Source: Schmidtea polychroa (lineage: Eukaryota). Taken from it: a stretch of DNA of 64,000 nucleotides. Below, in pieces: positions 48,427 to 60,900 of the stretch. The translations under genes were made by a program, and so were the position numbers. Location: positions 222,828,001 to 222,892,000 of the forward strand of contig CM097885.1 in NCBI GenBank assembly GCA_044892525.1, written 5' to 3'. The notes under the pieces were generated by a model. That model did not search any database. It was not told where the DNA came from and worked only from the letters and a program-made list of their open reading frames with translations. Position 1 is the first letter of the stretch, and each line of letters opens with the position of its first letter.

Positions 48427-49200
48427 CACGACATCAATCATCCAGGAAATAAGGCCGCATACGAAATCATCCATAACAAATACATATGGCCAAACATGCG
48501 AAAAGAAATAAAAGATTTCGTCAAGACATGCAAAGGTTCCCAGATCAACAAAACTTCAAAAAAACTAACGGTTGAAAAAGTAAATTTCCCGAGCAGACAA
48601 GCTTTCGAAACAATACACATAGACATAGTAGGACCGTTACCACCAAATAACGAATACAAGTACCTACTAACGATAATAGACAGAAAGACAAACTGGTTCG
48701 AAATAATCCCACTAAAACAAATATCCGCATAAAACATTCGTAACAACATCGAACTAAACTGAATAGCCCAATATAAACAACCTAAAACATTGATAACAGA
48801 TCAAGGAAGACAGTTCGAGTCGGAACTATTTAATACCCTATGTAAAACGCAACCGAACCACTGCTTACAGCCCACAAGCAAACGAAAAAAATCGAAAGAT
48901 TATATAGGACACTTAAACAACGCATTAGAACTAAAGCAAACGACAGAAATTGGCTAACCGAACTACCGACAATCCTACTGGGTTTAAGAGACACCCCCAA
49001 CTCAATCGACAACGAAAGCCCTTCTTTCAAAGTTTTTGGCAGAGAATCAAACCTCTCATCACTCAAAAACAAAACAGCAGAAAATACAAAAACAAACAAA
49101 CAAACAACTAACATAAACAGCGGAAACGTAGAAAAAAACCCAAAAGGAACTGTAAAAAGGAGATTAAACTCTGAATTGGATGGAAAAATCGTGCGTTTCA
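48427..49200 (+). mobile_element. Decayed Ty3/gypsy integrase fragment
   Basis: HDINHPG...KYIWPNMRKEIKDFVKTC, IHIDIVGPLP and LITDQGRQFESELF, with stops and deletions. Confidence 0.85.
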
Positions 49201-49732
49201 AAATAAAAATACATAAGGTTGAAATAGTAGCATTTTTATTCGGGTGACGTCATTAAGTCTCAAAAGTCATTGAGGTAACCTCTTAGATTTCCAGATGTTT
49301 TTCCTTCTAGCCTGATTCAAAGTCGCAAGTTATATCAAGTTGTTTTATCTGAGAACATTACATCTTACAGAACTGTAATTTACTATCAGTAATCTGTAGA
49401 AAACACTATAGGAAAATTATCATTGTTTTTATAAGATTTTACATTGAAATTTTGGGTTACTGAAATAATTTGGTTCAGATTATTCATTTATCATAGCTGA
49501 TTATAATATATATTGTTATTTATTTAACTAAATGGAGGTATTTGGAAGCCCAACTGCGATCGGTATCATTTACTGATTTAGTCCCAAAAATGAGTCAACA
49601 TGACTATATTTATTACTTTTTATTACTTATTCTCTATAAACCCAAAACCCAAACTAGCGCTTCCTTTGGAAGACCCGAAATGCAATTAGGTTTACCAAAA
49701 TTTCAAAATAAATATTGTTGGGTTATATAGTT

Positions 49733-50625
49733 GGTGACAATATTTGTAAATTCAAACCTTTAATCTGGCTCCAAAGCGTGTTTATTAATTCGCAATTCAA
49801 CACTCTCGAACACAATGAGCTTTATTAATATCCACACGTAATAGTACAAATTTCAATTACAATCAATTAACTATAAACCAATTTATCACACAGAGCTTAT
49901 TTCGACACTAGGTGAAGAATAGCCCTTTCTGTAAACCACAACAATAATCACTAGCCGTCAACTACTCAATTACAGGATATATTGATCGATTGTTCTATTT
50001 GTTTTGACCACACAATTTATTTACTCCACTTTTACTTTATATTCAATTTTATAAAAGATTCTTGTTACTTCTCTTTTCACTCTGTTTTGATTCCCCTTAT
50101 TACTCTGTCGTCTCTAATTTCACTCTACTTTTTGCCTCTAATTTCGTTTCGTTTTGCTCTCAACTTCGTTTTTTTTTCGTTCTACTTTTCGTTCTAAATC
50201 TGTTCTAAATTTGTTCTAAATTTGTTCTCAATCTGTTCTCATTTCTCGTCCACCAGTTTTCCTTTATATAGTTGTTTGGTTTGTGGCATTGACGACAGAT
50301 TCTGTTTATCATTTTCCTTTTCCTCTACATCAGCCTTATCTCTGACAGATGTCAAGATATTTTCCCATTTTCCTTTTCTGTTAAGCCGCCTTCTCCCGAC
50401 AATTTCGCTATCTTTGACAAGCTTTCAAGATACGGCTTTTTCCCTTATTTTGTTTTTCTGGAATTTGAAATTCCACCTTCATTTGTACTTCTTAATTAAC
50501 AATGACCTTTGTTTTAATTTCTTGTTTGTTTCCTTTAATTTGATTTATCTTTCTCATTTTTAATTTCTTTTAATTTCTTTTTTCTTTTCAGAGTTCCCAT
50601 ATATCGTCCAATTTGTCATGACGAT
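49733..50625 (-). repeat. Possible solo LTR with 12-bp tandem repeats (about 50181-50240)
   Basis: On the minus strand a GGGGGAAGA purine tract precedes GTCATGAC. There is a ttctaaatttg-type tandem array. Boundaries are uncertain. Confidence 0.3.
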
Positions 50626-52940
50626 CTTCCCCCAGGTAATTTATTTATTTATTATGTTATTTTTCATTTAGGTATCCTCAACAATATAGCCAAAAAATGA
50701 AATATTAGACTAGACAAATTTTTGACAGGCATATCTGTTCTCTGGAAAAATACCTCGAATTTCAAATCAAACAATAAATCAACTTCTTAAAATAGGTCTT
50801 TCAAATCAAAAATCTCTCGACCTTAATTTGAAAAGTATAACACCGAGACGTCCATTTCTCTGGCAAAACATATTTATTCAACACTAAGAGCGAAATAACA
50901 TAATGTCATTATTGAAGACCACTTTACAAAATAATTTTTCCATTACAAAATAAAATTCATTCAATTATAAACGATTTCAGTCCAACTTGAAATCAAAGAC
51001 CTTTGATTTTGTAACTGTAGTAATCCCTTACCCGGCAACATATTCATGTTACTTAAAATCGATTAAAGTCCCTTTATAAAACTGATCCGTTGTTTCCACA
51101 GCTGACAAACATTTCAAACTTTATAAAATTCTTGAAAGCAGCCTTGAAAGCAGAATCTATTTTGTCACAGAAATGATACCAGAAAATATTATGGACATCA
51201 GGGACAGTTTATGAAACTGAATTCCAGTTTCTAGAAAATAAGTTTACGAATATACAAAACTATTTCCTGAAAGCCCTTTTATCAAGATACATTTTTATTT
51301 CCATTTAAATAAATAATCTAGGATTCAGTGATAAGCCAAAGGAAGGGTTGAATGATTAAATCAACTCACTCTTCCATTGATACATATTTTTACAAATAAA
51401 AGTTGCTTTATCTTATATATTTTTTGCATTTTGCACCGCATTTGAACTGTTTGTTAAATTGTCTAAACTATCACCCATCATGCACAGGCAACAGCTCAAT
51501 AAGACGTGGAATTCTTTTTAATGTCGCTTTCACAGCACCCACAGTTTATTGGATGTAGACAATATATATATATATACAGTCTAAAGTTTAATTATTATAA
51601 TATTTGTTTACTTGATACTTAACCCTTCGAGTCCCGGGTTTTTAAAATAAAATATTTTCTATGTTGTCAATCAATTAGTATTAAAGAAAGTATCTGTGAA
51701 ATTATTTTTCATAAAAATTTGATATTTTTAGTAAAAATATAAAACTCAGAAATAAGGCAGAGTGTGATATTTAAAAAAAATCATTCAAGCATAGTAGAAC
51801 ATCACATTTTATGGACATATATGATGTTTGAGAATGTTTATTATGTTTTGAACATAAAACGCATCTTCTTTTCAAAGGTTTAATATCATTGTTTTTTCAG
51901 GATTGGGTTCAATGCTGTTACTCAAAAGGCGGATGAGTTCAAGACAGTCTCTCAGAAGTTTAGGGACTCCAAGATTCATACTTTTCAAAAATAAACTTTA
52001 CAAACTGCACCATATTTCAAGTAAGAATGATAAGGGACTAATAGTATCTTAATTTTTATTGCAATTGAATGAGAGTACTCTGCATGATAATTAATCTACT
52101 ACTTGCTTATGTACGATTTGTGAAGATTGAAAAAATTATCGAAATAATGCTATTTGTAAAATTATTTATAACTAACACGACTGGTACATCAGTATTTGAA
52201 ACCCTTGAAAACTTTTTTGTCAAAAAAATATTACCTGCACTAATGTGATTGCTTGTGCTACCGATTGAGCACCGCCTATGGTTGGTCAGCATCATGGTTT
52301 TGTATCAAGATTGAAAAATGTCCCACCAAATGCTTTAAAAATCTACTGCATCATTCACTGTCAACATTTAGTCACAGAACATCTTAATGGAATACTTCAC
52401 AAATCTATGAGTATTGTTATAAATGTTATCAATATGTTGGGGTTACACCTCGGTTGACTACTCTACATTATTGGCTAGCCTAAGGGTTGATTGTCCATCT
52501 TGAATAGAAAGCGCTTTCACCTGGTCAACTCGGAGCGGCACCCCACATAACTTTCCTCCAACATAGTGCCCGTGAATTGCTTCACGTTGGTACTGCACTA
52601 TGCAGGCGAGACACCAGCAAGCAGGTGAGCTTCTACCTTAAACTACTCCTTGCTGAGGCCTCGACTTCCCAATCGCGACTGCCGATAGAAGGGCTTACGT
52701 CCATTTCCATACATAACCACTTATCAGGATTCGCTGAATGCAAATTGGGAATTTCTCACTAGATCTTGCAGGTTCTCTACTCAACCCACTTAATTAAAGT
52801 CTGATTATTCATGAACGAAAACATATAAGACGACAAAATTTATTAATTTCAACGTTATGACACAAGGATTCAGCTGTACATTTTACTAATGTTTGTCGAA
52901 AGAAGAGAAAACGTCATAATCAACATAGATCAGATCCTTG

Positions 52941-53693
52941 TTATTCATCCTGACCGCCACTGGGGTTTTCTTGTTTCTCCCATTCAGTGTCGGCGAATAA
53001 CTCGTCTAGATTAAAGAACTCGGAAGCGTTCTCTTCCCACGTTACGCCAGCGGCTGAAATGATTCGTGCTGGGGGTCCTGTTGTTAGGTCGATGGACACG
53101 CGAGAGTTGCCACCGTTGGTTGAGTCCTCTATTGATGGGATGTTTGGTTTTGTAGTAGCGCGCTCGCGCTGTCTTTTCTTGCGCTCTGCACGAGAGAGTT
53201 GTTTGCGCTTGGGTTTGCTTGAAGATGCAACTTGCAGAAGTGTAACTGATACGGATGGACTAGCAGTGGGTATCTTACTGGTACCCGTGATGACAACATC
53301 TGGTCGCTTGGGTGACAGTTCGGTTTCGACGCAGTCTCGACAGGGTCTCTTGAGAGGCGGAGATAGATTTGAAGTGGTGTTATGATGAGGCGGAAAGAGG
53401 TTGTCGGCCTCTTTGATCGGGATCTGAACGATCTTCCGCGTGGTGGCTGCCTGAAGGTAGACTTTATGTAGCGCCTCCGACTGCTCTTTGATAAGACTTC
53501 TTTGGGCACGGCTCTCAGATATTAGCGCGTCCCGGCAATGCTCGCTACGATGGAGCTTCTTTTGGGTCTCCTTCATCTGAGCGGGAGTGAACCAAATGCC
53601 CTCCAGCTCATCTATCTTCTTTTTGTAGCGCCCTTTATTTTTGTCCGCGCAGGAGAAGCATGGGCGTAAAGCGGATTTCGCAGCTGGTAACAT
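52941..53693 (-). CDS. Unknown 250-aa protein (CxxC, coiled coil, basic NLS-like segment, acidic-aromatic C-terminus)
   Basis: Intact GC-richer ORF. A polypyrimidine-CAG acceptor (AG at 53704-53703) lies 9 nt before the ATG. AATAAA lies at 52844-52839 downstream. Confidence 0.7.
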   Translation of the reverse strand: MLPAAKSALRPCFSCADKNKGRYKKKIDELEGIWFTPAQMKETQKKLHRSEHCRDALISESRAQRSLIKEQSEALHKVYLQAATTRKIVQIPIKEADNLFPPHHNTTSNLSPPLKRPCRDCVETELSPKRPDVVITGTSKIPTASPSVSVTLLQVASSSKPKRKQLSRAERKKRQRERATTKPNIPSIEDSTNGGNSRVSIDLTTGPPARIISAAGVTWEENASEFFNLDELFADTEWEKQENPSGGQDE

Positions 53694-55932
53694 GTTAGGT
53701 GACTGTAAAAGAAACTAAAATAACTAATCTTTAAGAAATCGTTGGTTGAGTATGGGATTTGTTCACCATCGCACATCCGGCGACAGGGCGATTAAGATAA
53801 ACGAGAAAAGAAAACCATTTCCAGAACGATTTAGTCACCATTACTAAGCTAATTATTTATCAAGACAATACCAATTCTGGTACCCATACTACTGCATTGA
53901 CGGATGCAAACAAAATGTTAACTTCAAAATTGAGATGATTTATGGATTACTAAATTAATCTATAAATGTCGGTTTATAAGACATACTTAATTATTAAATA
54001 GCACATTTGAATATTATTTAAAAATACATTTAATTATTATTTAAGATATTTTCCATTATTATTTAAAATATTCTTATTTATGAACCCGAATAATTTTACT
54101 TATTATTTTAAAAGTTGCTATCTAATTATCCGCTATATCACTTAACGGGTACCATATTAGGTTATAGATTCGATGATTTATGCACGTAAAGATTTATATG
54201 CTAGATTGTAGGACGGCAACGGGGATCTCTATCCCTAGTAGATCTACTAATCTAAAATTCGTATTTTTAGAAATTATTCAGAGCATTTTATTTTCATCTC
54301 ACCAACGGCATGTCAGATACTAGATGATGATAGAACTACTGTGAGTCAACAACTGGGTATTACCCATATCTGCTACTATCTACACGATGACTGATGGTCG
54401 CATGCTTAACTCGCAAATGTTGTCGTATGGTAGAATTCCTTATTGTGAGTGACTACTCATGAATCGTTCAATCTACTATGCCGGTGCACACGTGTCAATT
54501 GTTACCTCCCATCGGCATTTCAAATTATCGATGCATGATATGATGGAATTCACACCGCATTTGTCACCTGGTAGCAATCCTTACAATGAGCGATTATCTC
54601 TCAACATTGTGCTTTCTCGTGTAAATTCTAAATCTGATGTTACTACTCATCGTCATGCTGGTGTGCTTAATCAATGGGAATTTATCTGTGTTTACAGATC
54701 ATATGGACTAATTCTTAAACGTCAATTTGCCTGACCAGTTTGTCTACTTTCGATGGCTGGAATTATTTACTATACTTTGCAATTTGCTCAATTCTGGATA
54801 TTTCGCTTAATGGGGATTTCTACAAATTAATTCACTACTCTATTTGGATGTTATTTCGGCAATGGATATTCCGATTTGATGCGGTGGCGGTTGTAGAACG
54901 GTAATATTAGTCTATTAATGAGGGTGAATTAAATATAATCGTTATCCTGGATTTATGATTTTGCTTGAATTTTTATGAAAATTATTTACGTATCAGAATC
55001 TTTATATGCCTTAAACTAACTGGGAAGAGTCTAGAACTTGTATCATTATAGAATGAACGAACATAAAGGTAGAATGTAGTAAGATATTGGAGTCAAATTT
55101 CAACGGATTACGACGGTACTATTGGAGAGTTAGTCTCAGGGTCGCATGATCTCTCACGATAGGAATTAAAGACGTAAGGTCATTGTAGATGTGGCGTTCA
55201 CCTCAATCACTGTAAATTTCTGCATTCATTCTAGATTCGTGTTACCAATATAAACTACCCTTTTCTCATTATTTTTTCAAAGTTTGAGTCAACCTTCAGC
55301 GATTGGACCCGTGAAGAAGCCTTCACATTTCGGCCCAATCTAGCTGCGTGATTGAAGAACCCCAGATCCGCCGGCTGAGCTCCCGAAGGCACCTCACACC
55401 ATGATCTGAAGTTCCTCAACTCCACGTTACTCCACATTTTAACATCATAAAAAGATACTCCATAAAAATAATCATAAAAATAGTTCAATTGCTCAATCAT
55501 ATCGAATAAATACTTTTAGATCTTTAAATCATTTAATTTATCAAATTTATTAATCGGGATCAAGTGAAAAGAAAATCAAGTGTAACTTTTAAAATTTTAA
55601 TTATTCAATAAATATACATAGTTATTGTTAACTTTAAAATTAAACAAAAACAAATGAAATACAATCCCTTACTGTCGAGTTAGGCTGAATCGAAATATAA
55701 GGATCGTCTTCTCCAAGTGGTTAAATAGTTTCGAATCTTGTAGTCGGTTTCTATTGATAGTTGATTTGATTTGTTTTAGTCGTTGCTGTCACTGAGTACT
55801 TATGAGGTTTTTGAATGGTTTCTCTGATTTATTGAAGGTTTTCTGGTCCTAGAGTCAGTCCTGTAATGTTTTCAAATTAACACTCTGTCACTTATGCTAA
55901 AATTTCTTTACCTGTAATGTTTTCAAATTAAC

Positions 55933-55992
55933 ACTGATTTTTATGATTTTGGCGTCGGTTTATATACCAATTTTTCATTTACGCGGACCAAT
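55933..55992 (-). promoter_or_regulatory. Pol II core promoter: TATA (55966-55959) + Inr TCAGT (+1 about 55935) + CCAAT box
   Basis: TATATAAA begins 31 nt upstream of the A of ATCAGT. CCAAT lies at 55988-55992 on the opposite strand. Confidence 0.65.
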
Positions 55993-56417
55993 CAAAATTG
56001 AGTACCGCTTATTTTATTAAATTAATTTGTTTTTTCCTATTTCTTTGGATATTTTACTTATTTTCCTATTTTTATTATATCTTTTATTTATTTCCTAAAT
56101 TCCTTATTATTTATTGCATTTTCCGGTATCTTATTCATTATCTTATTACTTTATTTTTTTAATTTTTTAATTTTAATTTTTTGTTTTAATCTTTATATCC
56201 TATTTTATGGTTTATTTTATGTCTTGATTTATTTATTCCTAAAATTGGTGGTCTTATTTTATTTTATTCGCCTCTTGTCTATCTTATTTTTCGACGATTA
56301 TGTTTTCCGATTCAGCCCAGCAAATAAAATAAAGTCGCATCCTTTAAATCATAAATTATTTCACCAAATGTGTAAAGAAAATAATGAAGAATTTGAAAGA
56401 CTTATCTTACATACAAA

Positions 56418-56663
56418 CAGGCCACCGAGAGCCAGGCCGGGCATCCGATGCAATTCGTCAGTACGGGCTTCTTTGCAATTACAAACTGATATATTCAGTG
56501 CTCGAAGTGAGGCGGGATAGCCGGGATATTATCCCGGCATTGATTATGTAGGCGGAATTGCATCCCGGCACTTCATTTCATATAATCTATAGGTTTATCC
56601 CGGTACTTATTTCATTTTATAGGCACACAAATACTGCAATTAAGGTCACACATAGTACATCCA

Positions 56664-56751
<88 letters not shown>

Positions 56752-57189
56752 TTATTCTCTATTCTCTATTCAATTAAGAATTTCCCAAGCAGCAGTAATG
56801 GATAGGTAGGTATATTCTCTTATTTATTTTAGTTAAACCAGCAACTTATGATTAAATGGGTGGACACCCCCCCCCCCCAAAAAAAATTTGTTGGACACCC
56901 CCCAAAGTTTTGCAACACCCCCAACTGAAAATTTCTGCATAAAAGCCTGGAATCCCGGGTGCCACAGCATGCCTATCCCGGCACATATTTTGTTCCACTT
57001 CGAGCACTGGATATATTTATTTTAAAAAATGTGTTATAGTTATCCTATATATTACTTGTGAAATTCCATGATACATATAAACTTAAATTATCACAAACTT
57101 AGATTTTTAAAATTATTTAATTATAAAAAATGCCAAATATGATTATATCGCGGGCCCCGATGATTTGCATCGCCCTCTTATCAGTGTTG
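56418..57189. mobile_element. hAT MITE A (772 bp including nested insert)
   Basis: Perfect 8-bp TSD CATACAAA (56410-56417, 57190-57197) and GC-rich subterminal similarity. Confidence 0.85.
56496..57009. mobile_element. hAT MITE B nested in MITE A (514 bp)
   Basis: 14-bp TIR CAGTGCTCGAAGTG and perfect 8-bp TSD GATATATT. Contains (AT)n at 56670-56748. Confidence 0.9.
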
Positions 57190-57950
57190 CATACAAAAGT
57201 AAGATGGCTATTGAAAGAAATTTGTTTAAAAAGATTTTATACGCTATTTGATTGAGAACTTATAACTCATACCTAATTTATATTAAGATTATGTTTATAA
57301 TTTTTTGATTAATTACTATCAAACGTACTGTGCCTAGACGCTAGTATGGTCATTATTTCTATTTTAAAATGACACAAAACTGTTTATATTAAGGAAAGGG
57401 TATAAGGAATAATACATCTCTATTTCAAAGTACAAGTTATAAAATATAGGGGCTCTATAAATTCTCTTCCTGTAAACTCCTCCCATCTTCATTGGAAAAT
57501 CATATTTGTCACTGTTAGGATTAATGGTTGTGCCAAAATTTATGTTTAATTTAAAATTAATTTATCAATCAATTGTAAAACAAAAATATATTAAACACTG
57601 ATTATACATTTTGTGATATAGATTAATCTAATTTACCTTTAACTAAAATTTTAAAAATATCCCTAACTAAACTACAATTCAATTAGCATTATTATTACGA
57701 CTTTTGAAAATAAACTTCCTATTAAATTCTTAATTTAATATAATTTCTAGCTTTCTAAATTTTTCATAACCTATTTTTTCTGAAATAAATTTCAATTATC
57801 TCTAAATCATATAGCTAAACGAAACAAATATATTTTTGGTTTTCATAGGACTTTGTTTTATTATGCCAATTTATTTTTTACTTAATATCTTTTAAAGTTT
57901 TAATTTAATTTCTCAAATTTAATTTATTTTCATTTTTGAAATTTAAGAAA

Positions 57951-60900
57951 ATGAAAAAAGAAGAAGTTGTTCAGAGACTAGAAATAATTAAGACCATTAA
58001 GTATGATAATAAATTAAATAAAAATTTTATTCGTAATACAGACATAAATCTAACTGCCTTAATGACTGTCTTTCAAGTCTTCAAGATTCAGTTCAATATG
58101 TAGAAAAGGAATCTGGGTTTATTAACGAATACAATCGGGAACTTCAACAATTAAATCTTGAACGAGAGTATCATGTTGAACAATTAAGATTGATTCATAA
58201 TGATATAAATATAGTAATATTTTTGTTTTTAAAGAAAAAATTTCATTCACTGTAGATGGAAACTACTATTAAAAATGCTACAATTGATACTATTAAAGCA
58301 AGGGGTCGGGTTTTGGAATTTAATAGTAAATATGCTGAATATTTAAATGAATTAAATCATTTGAGAAAATTGCTTGAGCTAGAACCATTAAAAGATACAA
58401 GAAATAATAAAATTAGTGAATGGTGAAATATTGATCGGTTTTAATGTATTTTTAAGTAATAAATTAGTATTTTATCAATGGAAGAATCCTATCGACCAAT
58501 CGGTGATGATTTCATAAATAATTTCACAGACAAATCGAGTGCTAGTCAAGGTTTGGTGGAATTAGATAAAAGCAGCAACCCTGTGTCTGCTGGTAACATC
58601 AATGACTCATCATTTGCAGTAAATAATCTCCACAAGCAAACTGGTGCCAACGTGTCATTGCAGAATATATTCAATGATATCAATGAATTGTACATGCTTC
58701 ATCATTACATGAATCCTGAATCCGGTTTAATGAGACAAGGACAAATATTTTCTAGGCCTGATCTGGTCGGATTGAACTCGGGGAATAATTACGAACTGAA
58801 TATAAGCAGCAATAACAATCCCAACAACAACATTTCTGGTAATGATAATCTCGTGTCGATTGCCTCCTCAGAATCCCAGATGAACAAAGGTAAGCATAAT
58901 AGATTGGACAGTATTTATTAATTGACATGCGACTGGACAATCATTAACATAGAACTAATGCGAATTCGGATATCAATAAATCTGGGGAATATAAGCAATA
59001 ATTAAGTCATGTCATAGAAAATGTCATTTTGTTACAAATAAAGGCTTCGTACACCAATAAGCAATCGATATGAGCTCTAATAACTGTGATGTGTGTAGTT
59101 GATAATAAATATTAAACCATCCTATAATAAAACCGTGTAATTATCAAAGCTAACAATAGATATGAGACCTTAATACACCCGGTATCAGTTAATAAAGCCG
59201 TTATAATAGAAAGACGTATAATTATTGCAAATGCTGGCATAAATTACCCTCTGTGTCATATATCCAGGTACATTGCACAATTTCTTTAAATACTTCAATT
59301 TGATTGGTCGGATAACTTTATCTATCCAATGTACCTTAATCATATCAATAACGAATTATTATTGCCCCAGTTTAAATTACTGTCACATTGAACTGCAATA
59401 ACTGACAGTGGGTGCAATATAGCGATACAATTCAATGCACACACACACAAACACAGCTCACAAAATACCTGTAATAAAAATGTATTTATTAATCGTAATT
59501 GTATTAAATATCATAATTTTACGCGAGAAACATTTTGAAATTACCGCGAATTAAGGGGACAAAAATTATATTTATATGCTTTATAAATACCTTTATCGAT
59601 AAGGTTACTTTAGAAATAAGTATTTATTTCAATTATTGTTACTATAATCGATGGAGGCTTTTTAGGATTGGTGAAAGAAATACAGTTACCTAGGTGACCT
59701 TTACCAGATGTTAAAATGTATTACTATAAGTTTCGGTAGGGGCAAAGTGTAAATCTGATTCCATATGCTCACTGTTGAGAAGTTTGAGGATGTATATTTA
59801 TGTATTTATATATTGTATGTTTATGTGTGTGAAAGAGAAATACTGTAGAGCCCAACCGGGTCACCTTTAAAAATATTGTCTCCGGAAAGCTGGGGTGCTT
59901 GTGTGTAAGTTGCAAAAAATTCTGACAATTGAATAAGTAACAATAAAATAAAATTACAACTTTTATTTACAAAAAAGGTATGAACCTTGAAATTGGGGAG
60001 AGATTGAAAGTTCGTATTCTATTACTTCTGTGAATGAAACTTCAAATCTATTATTTTATTCTTTGGAACTTCTAATATGTTTATTTTGAGTTTCGGAAGT
60101 TTTGATAGATTATTTCCTCAAACAAACGATGATTTCGATTCTGTCGTTATATTTTATAGAATTTTAGTTGGGTTTTCTTAAATACTAGGAGTTTCGGTTC
60201 TGTTAGTTTAAGCTTTGAAATTTCTGATATATCTTGTATTTTAAGTTTTTTAATCAATTTTTTTCAATTTACTATAGTAAATTATCGCCATATAGTATTT
60301 TTTAAATATCCTTTCCCCGACGCTATGGGGACGACAATGACCAAAAAGAAAAGCAAACCTAATTGAGAAATTGTCGAAAACGACACTGGTGATTAAAATA
60401 AAACAATCTATTACACTCACTATTCAGCTTTATTCACAATACAATTTCATATGAAATTCCCATCAATCGATTGCCAGAAATATAGGATCATCCTTCAATC
60501 GGTGGCTACCGCGATCTTACTAATCAATTTGATAGATTATGACTCAGTGTAACTTTTCCTTTCTTTCGTAAAAATACAAAAAGAAAAAGGGGAAAAATCA
60601 TCATTAGTTTCGATAATTTCCCAGCAATTCTTTCTCTTTCCGTATTTGCTTTGTCAAGCAACAAATCGTGTTTTTGAAATAGCACAACCTGGGTATATCG
60701 TCGATTTCTAATTATTTTTATATTCGCTTGCTTCCCATTCATAATTTTTTCTTTCTCCGGGGAAATATTGATTTTTTAAATTTATATAATCCCAACAGAT
60801 AATTTAATGAAATTACGAAATGTTTTAATACTTTCAAAATCTCACAAAATCGAATTCTCGGCGGGAATCCGTTTTATATACCTAATGCTCCATTAGATTT

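Larger units (their letters stand above)
52435..56322 (-). mobile_element. 3888-bp TG...CA insertion with 4-bp TSD (giant solo-LTR-like) containing a spliced gene
   Basis: Ends TGTTGGG / CCCAGCA. AATA is duplicated at 52431-52434 and 56323-56326. The insertion interrupts the hAT reading frame. No gag/pol motifs were seen inside. Confidence 0.8.
52110..57265 (+). mobile_element. Buster/Charlie-type hAT transposase fossil split into three pieces (about 52110-52434, 56327-56417, 57198-57265)
   Basis: Removing the inserts and one TSD copy each restores ...ACATDGAPPMVG...CIIH...SIVINVIN-KIKSHPLNHKLFHQMCKENNEEFERLILHT-KVRWL...CLKRFY in frame across both junctions. Confidence 0.85.

Noticed and set aside
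51620-51980. piggyBac-like element starting TTAACCCTTCGAGTCCC
   Set aside because: The right end is too degenerate (gggactccaag) and lacks TTAA.
54459-55500. ORFs 54459-54734 (+) and 55255-55500 (-) inside the 3.9-kb element
   Set aside because: No domain similarity. They lie in the predicted intron, though an extra exon cannot be excluded.
56558-56809. ORFs with YIYIYI runs (also 12584-12778, 44747-44941) and X-rich ORFs at the gaps
   Set aside because: Translations of (AT)n microsatellites or N gaps.
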